Below, one piece after another: positions 10,420 to 18,001 of a stretch of DNA of 18,001 nt (position 1 is its first letter; every line of letters starts with the position of its first letter). A program made the position numbers and the translations under genes. Source of the DNA: Ginkgo biloba. Taxonomy: Eukaryota; Plantae; Ginkgophyta. The notes beneath the pieces are model-generated. The model searched no databases, had not been told where the DNA came from, and worked only from the letters and a program-made list of their open reading frames with translations. The stretch spans positions 152,642,721 to 152,660,721 of the forward strand of contig JANKJI020000002.1 of the NCBI GenBank assembly GCA_024626585.2. The letters run 5' to 3'.

Positions 10420-11069
10420 ATCTTTATCATAATAATGTAATGACACATTAAATAAGCCAATGACATGAAAATAAACTTTTTTAATAAAAAATAAAAAATG
10501 GGTCAAAACTTACCCCATTTTTATGAAAATTTATATAAATACAATGCAAAGTTTTTAGTGTTTTTCATGTACTACTATAGAGTTTTCCCCTACCATTTTA
10601 ATTTTTATGTAAATTCAATCATATTTCATTTAACAAAATTACACAAATTTTCTCATATGCAAAATTTGTCAAGCAAACAAGAAAATATTTAATTTTAAAA
10701 TTAGACTAAACACATTATAAACTAATAACTAATTTATGCATTATAAAAACATTCATATTATATCAACAAAATTTAATACTTAGTGAAATATTATAAATTT
10801 GTTTAAAACATTACTTGATATTTATAAAAATTATATGTCATTTTCATCCCATGTTAAAAGATTGATCTATAGAGTTCAAATAATAAAGAATGATATATTA
10901 TGAATGCTGAAATGTAGCTTTGACACTAGACTTATAGAATTTCCTAGAATTTATTTTATACTTTTGTATGCGATTTAATTAGAGAGGGTTGGTTGAATTC
11001 AGTAGTCAAGACCTATAAACTTTTGTTAGTGATAGTGTGCAAGAGTGTTTGAGACAATGGAAGTTAGTA
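10420..11069 (+). repeat. AT-rich dispersed repeat, copy B (direct repeat of ~5930-6577); probably extends further right
   Basis: Same alignment as copy A. The shared block also explains the near-identical TNFHCLKHSCTLSLTK peptide in the spurious ORFs 6514..6720 and 11006..11350. Confidence 0.85.
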
Positions 11070-13570
11070 AGAAATTGCGCTAAAACATGCAAGTGTATCA
11101 AACGATATTCTTTACATTTATTTTTGTATACAAATATACAAATGTAAATATTAAGGGTTTGTAAATTAGAATTTTTTTTGTATGGAAAAGGGTTCTTAGA
11201 AGATTTTTTTCCATTTTCAAATAAGGTATTATATATAAACCCTGCATGCATGTGTTTTGTGAAAAATTGTAATAAGTGAATCACTTGTGGTTTAACAATA
11301 ATTATAATTTGTTGATTGTATTGATCATGAGGAGTGTTTGACAAGAACATACAATGAATATTGTAGTTAGGTTAGTAATACAATGATCCTTTTTAGTACT
11401 TATAAATTATGCCTAAATGTTATTTTGGTCCTTAGATGTATTTTTAATAATAGTGCTAATATTCTTTGTAAAATTTAAATATTTATTTTTCTGTTATAAT
11501 TGATTTTGTCAAGATTAATATCAATGTTTATATATCAAATATTTAGTAATTTTTTCATAAGATACAAAAAGGTTTGCAGATGTTGATTGGCCATCCACCA
11601 ATAGATCAAGGGCGTTGTTCTCCATATATACTTACCATTAGTCCATTATTATAAAATCACGAATCCCAACATCTCNNNNNNNNNNNNNNNNNNAGAAATT
11701 TTATTTAATCATCCTTAAGCCCTTAGCAAAAATCTTAGGAGTACAAATAGGACCAAAATTAGAGTACTGGATTGATCTTAAGAATTAATAAATCAAAATC
11801 CAATGAAAATAAAGAAAAATGATTGATTCAACTTCTATATTTTATAATTTCAATTTTTCAAGTTTTTTTTATCAACTACTTGAGCTTGCGACTTTATTAC
11901 TCAAGTTTGCAATTTTTGTTAGAGTTATCCATTGATCCTTAGGATCCATTTGTTTGGCCATTTTTAGTCTTTTTCGTGCATTTCTTTTTTCATTTTTAGT
12001 TTAGCAATCTGGGTACTAGAGTTATATGGTCGTTAATGATGCTAAAGCTAGACAATGAAAGATAAGGAAAGCAATACTCTCAAATGATTTGTGGGTGATC
12101 AACAAATGATCTAAATTATGAAAAAATAATTATAATTTTGGTTAAATAGTAATTGGTCATTAATCCCCCACTAGTGTGTGATGATAAAGTTAGACTTCTC
12201 TTAGTTAAGCAATCTAGCTCACGAATTACAACTATATACATAAAACATCTATATGTCAAATCTAGAGAAAGTTGGCATTAAAACTAACATTTGGGACTAC
12301 TCTTGGTTAGGGGATTTGAGTGCCAACTTAGACATGCTCGGGCTATCTCTGATAAATCCCTTGATAGAGGTTTGCTAAAACTAATGTGTAATCCTCCAAG
12401 ACAATTACGCCACACCAACTTAGAATAGCATGTAACACTTCTAAGGAAGTTAATCCTCTTCAACATGGGTCTTTAATAAATGTGGATGATTCTTATGATT
12501 TTTCTATGGACACCTAGGTAATCATGATATAAATGTTAGACTAACCTTGATAGAAGGACTCATATTGACAGAAAGCGGGTTCCTCTAAGAGTTTGCATTA
12601 GATAATAACCATTTGATCCCATGATGGTACATGATGAGGAATCTTATAATGGGGGAAGATTATTGGATTTGGCTCTAAGTTAGGCCATGCTAGGACATGA
12701 GCTAAGATAATATGCCTCGTTGTAAATCTTAAGGCTTGCATAACAAAAATGAGGATAACTCTTTTGTATAATTCAATCTAGTGGGTGGGACCATGGTGAA
12801 ACTCCTTAATAAAAATATGACTCGTTTAGAAAAAGTAGTTAATATGTGTCCTTTAAGGAGCGGGGATTGGATATGAAGGATGGATAAGACTAATTAAAAG
12901 ATTGATACTCCTTAATACAACCACTTGTTCATAATGTAAAGGTTTNNNNNNNNNNNNNNNCACTAGTTTATATGTCCTTCACAACTCTCCATAAATATAA
13001 TGGTTATATGGATAATTCCAATAGGATACTTCATTATCCTTAATATTTTCTCCTTAGTGAAAATGAAGAGGATTTTCGAGGTTTGATAAAGCCTTAGTCT
13101 CATTATCACAACCTTTAATTTTTTAAACCCCTAAATAAAAATATAATTTATTTTGAAGGATAGAGGCTGAAAAATGCACTTAATCCCATTTCACTTTAGA
13201 AACATTCTAATCCTAGTTACTCTTAGTGGGTAACCACTCGTAGTTACTTTCTGTANNNNNNNNNNNNNNNNNNNNNNNNNNNNNNNNNNNNNNNNNNNNN
13301 NNNNNNNNNNNNNNNNNNNNNNNNNNNNNNNNNNNNNNNNNNNNNNNNNNNNNNNATACCATCCAAACTTCATATTTTGGTGTACTAAATTATCCTAGTA
13401 GGAAAATTTAGTGAGGAGTGTTAGGGACAAGCATTAATAATAGACTAGGTAAGTAGATGTAAGTTGGTTGGTGAGTTACATAAAGGGTTAATAATCAATC
13501 TATCTCTCACTCCTATGAGACAATTGGTTATTATAAATCATTATTAATGACCTTACTTCTCCCATCATTA

Positions 13571-13608
13571 TGATTACTTCTCCTCATCATAGGAAGGAGA
13601 AGTTATCA
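13571..13608. repeat. Short inverted repeat (14-bp stem, 1 mismatch, 10-nt loop) overlapping a short tandem duplication
   Basis: tgattacttctcct (13571-13584) pairs with aggagaagttatca (13595-13608). The direct repeat ttacttctcc(t)catcat occurs at 13553-13568 and 13574-13590. Confidence 0.6.
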
Positions 13609-14656
13609 ATATTTAGGATGGCCTTCAAGTTTCTTGGGCGAATATTATCTTCCTTAGGCCTAGGTTTCAATAATATATTTTTACCAAACTTGAACCCATT
13701 TAATTAGGGGGTTTATAATCATAATTATTTCATAAGGTAGTGATTTCTTCCCTTCTATGATATAGCTCATAAGAAAAGAGTTAATAGATGATATGGAAGT
13801 AAATTGCTATGCATTATGAAGGAATTTCATCTATCATCGAGATGGTTAAGATCTATCCATTTTCATGATCTAAATATTATATCCCTCCTAAATCATTGTA
13901 AGTATTCTCCATTCTTCCAAACAATTGACATTATAAAGAAATATTCATACAAAAAAAATGTTGACCAACTAAAGCAACACCAAGAAAACCACATAATCAC
14001 TCACTGAAGTGAAGTACTAAAACCTTCTCCTCTACCAATGATCAGTCAAATCCAAGTGACCATTGATCTCATATGATCCTGGCCAAGACAAGTTGTTTAT
14101 ATTAAGTATTAATAATATAGATTCTTCTAAAGAATATACTCATATTTTATAAATAATGGCATATGCCACTATTTCATCATATATCTAGTTTCTATAGAGA
14201 AATATACATGCCTTTCAATTTTCCCTAGAACTACTAATAGTTGTACCTTTTCCTCAATTTACAAGGAAGGGACTAAATATTTGGATCTATGAGATAAATC
14301 CCTTCAATTTATAAATTGAATCTCAACCCCCTAAAATTAACTCTTTATCCAATTTTAGGGACCTACCTTTGGGATAATATAACAAGGATTCAATGAGAGT
14401 AAATCATAATGCATATTTCTTAGTAAGGTAAGAAAATATATAATATACTTTGAATTATCTATAGACATGTTTATCCTTCATTACATGTCCAAGATATATT
14501 GAGTAGAGGTAATATTTAAGTTCCTATTATTCCCAAGAAAATTGCATATGAGGAATTCCTTGAACCCCCAATAGTAACCTAAACCCACTATATGGATTAG
14601 GGATCAATAAATTGATAAATCCTAGATCATATATTTCCCATAACTCATAGGGTTTA

Positions 14657-14676
14657 TCTCTCTCTCTCTCTCTCTC
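14657..14676 (+). repeat. (TC)10 microsatellite
   Basis: Read directly: tctctctctctctctctctc. Confidence 0.95.
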
Positions 14677-15639
14677 ATATTGTGTTTGATAAGGTACTAT
14701 ATTATTAATTTCTAGATTGCTTAGTTGCATTTAGTTACCTCATATGATATTTAGGATATTACCTAGTCTTTTAACCCATATTGGTATGACATTCTCCTTA
14801 TTCATCCATATATTTTTTATGCCCCTTCAAGATGTAGGGAAGTAACCCTAAGGATTGTGTCATGGTTGTGTTTCAAGGATATTATGTCACCANNNNNNNN
14901 NNTACCCTTTCCTCCCTCAATTTAACATTGGATAAAATAATATATCTATTTATGTATCATTATATAAAGAATTTTAATTATTAGTGTAATAACTAAGAGT
15001 ACACTATAATAGGATTAGTCATGCAAGTGCACTAAACCCTCTAATAATAACTATGATTTATCCTAGTTATTACCTTGATCCCTATAGAGTGAAATATCAT
15101 CCCAATGATCCCTATATTATAACATGTTTGGTCAATTACTCATTATGCTACTACCTTTATTTCTAGGAATAAACCACACCAAATTTATAAATCACAACTA
15201 CTTCTATAAGGCCAAAAACAAATGAATAATAATGTTCAATCTCATTTTTCTTATAGAAAATCCTAATATAATATACCTCACTCTTTTTTCATATGATTAT
15301 CCATACTCATAATGAAAAAAATAATGTTAATATCCCCCATACTATGGTTCCTTACAATCCAAACCTTTTCATTAGATGAGGGAGTTATTTGATATTATAA
15401 TAACTTTAAACCTTTATATTATAAAGTTGATGTGTATGTAGAGAAGTGGATCATTCAATAATTATATATGAGTGAGTGATTGAAAGGATTGATCTTATAT
15501 ATATAATCAAAGGAATACTCCAAAGACTCATAAAATATATTCTACATATTCTAGGTGTTACTTAAATACTACCAAGGATAATTAGATCTAGATCAAATGC
15601 ATCATTATAAGATTACATCTTGAGAAAATTATATTCTTA

Positions 15640-18001
15640 GTGAATCTTACAATCTATTATATATTTTATTACACTCTTAGGTGGTGTACTATGTACCAAT
15701 GATAATTTAAGTGATTTGATATGTGAAAGTTCATAATTAAATGATGCTACTCTATCTACTCTATATGAGCAAAAACTATGANNNNNNNNNNNNNNNNNNN
15801 NNNNNNNNNNNNNNNNNNNNNNNNNNNNNNNNNNNNNNNNNNNNNNNNNNNNNNNNNNNNNNNNNNNNNNNNNNNNNNNNNNNNNNNNNNNNNNNNNNNN
15901 NNNNNNNNNNNNNNNNNNNNNNNNNNNNNNNNNNNNNNNNNNNNNNNNNNNNNNNNNNNNNNNNNNNNNNNNNNNNNNNNNNNNNNNNNNNNNNNNNNNN
16001 NNNNNNNNNNNNNNNNNNNNNNNNNNNNNNNNNNNNNNNNNNNNNNNNNNNNNNNNNNNNNNNNNNNNNNNNNNNNNNNNNNNNNNNNNNNNNNNNNNNN
16101 NNNNNNNNNNNNNNNNNNNNNNNNNNNNNNNNNNNNNNNNNNNNNNNNNNNNNNNNNNNNNNNNNNNNNNNNNNNNNNNNNNNNNNNNNNNNNNNNNNNN
16201 NNNNNNNNNNNNNNNNNNNNNNNNNNNNNNNNNNNNNNNNNNNNNNNNNNNNNNNNNNNNNNNNNNNNNNNNNNNNNNNNNNNNNNNNNNNNNNNNNNNN
16301 NNNNNNNNNNNNNNNNNNNNNNNNNNNNNNNNNNNNNNNNNNNNNNNNNNNNNNNNNNNNNNNNNNNNNNNNNNNNNNNNNNNNNNNNNNNNNNNNNNNN
16401 NNNNNNNNNNNNNNNNNNNNNNNNNNNNNNNNNNNNNNNNNNNNNNNNNNNNNNNNNNNNNNNNNNNNNNNNNNNNNNNNNNNNNNNNNNNNNNNNNNNN
16501 NNNNNNNNNNNNNNNNNNNNNNNNNNNNNNNNNNNNNNNNNNNNNNNNNNNNNNNNNNNNNNNNNNNNNNNNNNNNNNNNNNNNNNNNNNNNNNNNNATA
16601 ATCATAAATATAGAAGGTGTATTGGTCAAACTAAAAGGAATGATCAATCAATCAAAATATACAAATCATATTTTGAACATTATCTTATACATATCATCTA
16701 GTTTCACCCTAACTTAGTGATAACCTAATTTGAGGTTAATTTTGGATAAGTAGTTGACACCCTAAAAATAATTAATTGATTCATCTATCTATATAAAAGT
16801 ATAGTGGTTCTTAATGATAAGTTTATTAAGATCCATGTAGTAAATTTAAAGTCATCGTGACCTATCATTCTTGGAAATAAAGAGGATTGGAAATACATAT
16901 GGACTAGACCTGGGATTAATGAACCTATATTTTATTAGATACTATATCTACCTACTTAATTATATATAATAAATAATAGAGGTCTTATACATGAGATTGT
17001 TCAACAAACTAGAATTATGGGGGAGGTCAATGTTATGCTCAACCCCTTAAGAAGGAGGAAGGATTATAGGCTTTGGAAAGATATATAAATATGCATATAA
17101 TAATGTTATAAGGTATGGATATTAATCATAAAATAATATAAATTAAATTCTAGAAAGGTAACCTAATAAACGATCCTAAGGATAAAACATTAAAAGAGTG
17201 AACTAAGACGTAGTATTAGTAATCTTTTTAGCCTACTTGGGAGAGACCAACAAAATTGAGCGTATAAGAGAAGGAAACAAGAGAAAAATGTGATAGGGAA
17301 TAGGTAATATTCATATCAAACTATAAGGGGTGGACTAATTTCATATTGTAATAATGCTCAAGCCCACATCAAAAGTCACCTCATCAAGATAAAACTAAAT
17401 AGAAAAATACATTATGCGCACCCACTTCATATAACTATGAGATTTGATTAAACCAAACTCACATAAATTTTAAGGGTGTGGTAGGGTGGGAATATGAGTA
17501 TTATAAATAACCTAAGAAATAAATGAGACTTTTCATGCTCCTATTATTTAGAATCAAGGAAACTAGATGATCTTTAACTTGAGCTTCCTAAAAAAAGAGA
17601 TTCGATTAACTTACTAAGGATGATGATGTGATACTAATTATTAAGGATTTATTGAACTACACATATCCTTGCATAGAATAAATTGGTCCTTAAATATCTA
17701 TACAAATAGTATTTTCTTCTTTAAGCCCATTTTCTTAGGATTTGAATAACATTCCCCTTTTATGTGTCTATAATACTTGTAAAAATCATAATATTTACTC
17801 CTATTAATGGAATATCCATTCACTTTTCTATTCAGATGTTTCTTATCTCCCTTAAATTCATAGAAGGTAGAAGAATAAGATTGCTTATAAATTCTTTCTT
17901 GAATTATAGGGGGAGGAAGAGGAAGTAGTACTAGAAGGAGGAGTTTCCTTTCTAATTATTCTTCTCCAACTTTAAAGAATAATTATATGCCTTATCTAGA
18001 T
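15640..18001 (-). mobile_element. Degenerate Ty3/gypsy LTR-retrotransposon internal region (putative gag end, protease, RT, RNase H), spanning an 816-N gap
   Basis: Protease: VKDHLVSLILNNRSMKSLI (17522-17578, cf. SLIIDSGSxxNLI) and YLDEVTFDV (~17365-17392). RT: GFINPRSSPYVFPILFISKNDRS (~16860-16925), DLNKLIIKNHY (~16801-16833), INLKLGYH*VRVKLDDMYK (~16684-16740, cf. IDLRSGYHQVRI), IIPFSLTNTPSIFM (~16603-16644, cf. VMPFGLTNAPxTFM). Beyond the gap, VASFNYELSHIK...STPP (~15680-15750) resembles the RNase H C-terminus at roughly the expected distance. Confidence 0.88.
15782..16597. other. Largest assembly gap (816 N); other gaps include ~100-N runs at 1138, 4472, 6578 and 13256
   Basis: Runs of N seen directly. 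The long poly-X ORFs in the track are artefacts of this gap. Confidence 0.95.

Larger units (their letters stand above)
12961..15450 (-). mobile_element. Highly degenerate Ty1/copia pol remnant (integrase, then RT, then RNase H)
   Basis: Minus-strand motifs in copia order: IQC*IEGGKG (~14905-14935, cf. IKCLRSDGGGEY); NII*GN*MQLSNLEINNIVP...DKPYELW (~14635-14760, cf. FWGEAxxTANYILNRVP...KTPYELW); LIPNP...CNFLG (~14530-14610, cf. CxFLGY); PGSYEING (~14055-14085, cf. LPPGxKxIG); RILTMI*EGYNI*IMKMD (~13855-13910, cf. IRILLAIAAxxNLEIHQMD); KVTTSGY (~13230-13250, cf. KSTSGY); CDNETKALSNLENPLHFH (~13057-13110, cf. CDNxSAIxLxxNPxFH). Each match is weak on its own; the colinearity is the main support. 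Confidence 0.6.

Noticed and set aside
10200-10420. Faint resemblance to hAT transposase (LHAIDIVFSKI) and a partial inverted repeat
   Set aside because: One short weak motif with no colinear support.
15637-16701. Three long ORFs of 286-336 aa
   Set aside because: Almost entirely N-gap. Only the flanking residues (gypsy RT and RNase H) are real.
1-18001. CRISPR array, tRNA/rRNA, or prokaryotic defence/retron-type RT system
   Set aside because: No regularly spaced repeats or RNA-gene signatures. All RT motifs belong to decayed eukaryotic LINE, copia or gypsy elements, and the host gene has spliceosomal introns.

Overview
AT-rich, repeat-dense eukaryotic (land-plant) DNA from a fragmented assembly with about 12 N-gaps. 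A large-genome plant such as a gymnosperm is my inference, not something the sequence shows. Most of the window is decayed retroelement sequence on the minus strand: an L1-clade LINE (~1.45-4.33 kb), a Ty1/copia INT-RT-RNaseH remnant (~12.96-15.45 kb) and a Ty3/gypsy PR-RT-RNaseH remnant (~15.64-18.0 kb). The only host-gene material is at 6.68-8.33 kb on the plus strand. It is the 3' half of a copper amine oxidase (CuAO, CuAOdelta/gamma-like) with two intact GT-AG introns, a premature stop and a destroyed TPQ/Cu site. This half is fused in frame, with no gap or intron, to a decayed PTM/DIR17-type Tudor-domain coding region. The chimera lies between two diverged direct copies of a ~650 bp repeat. 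I found no RNA genes, CRISPR arrays or prokaryote-type systems. All protein similarities are recognised by eye against remembered family consensus motifs; no database search was run.
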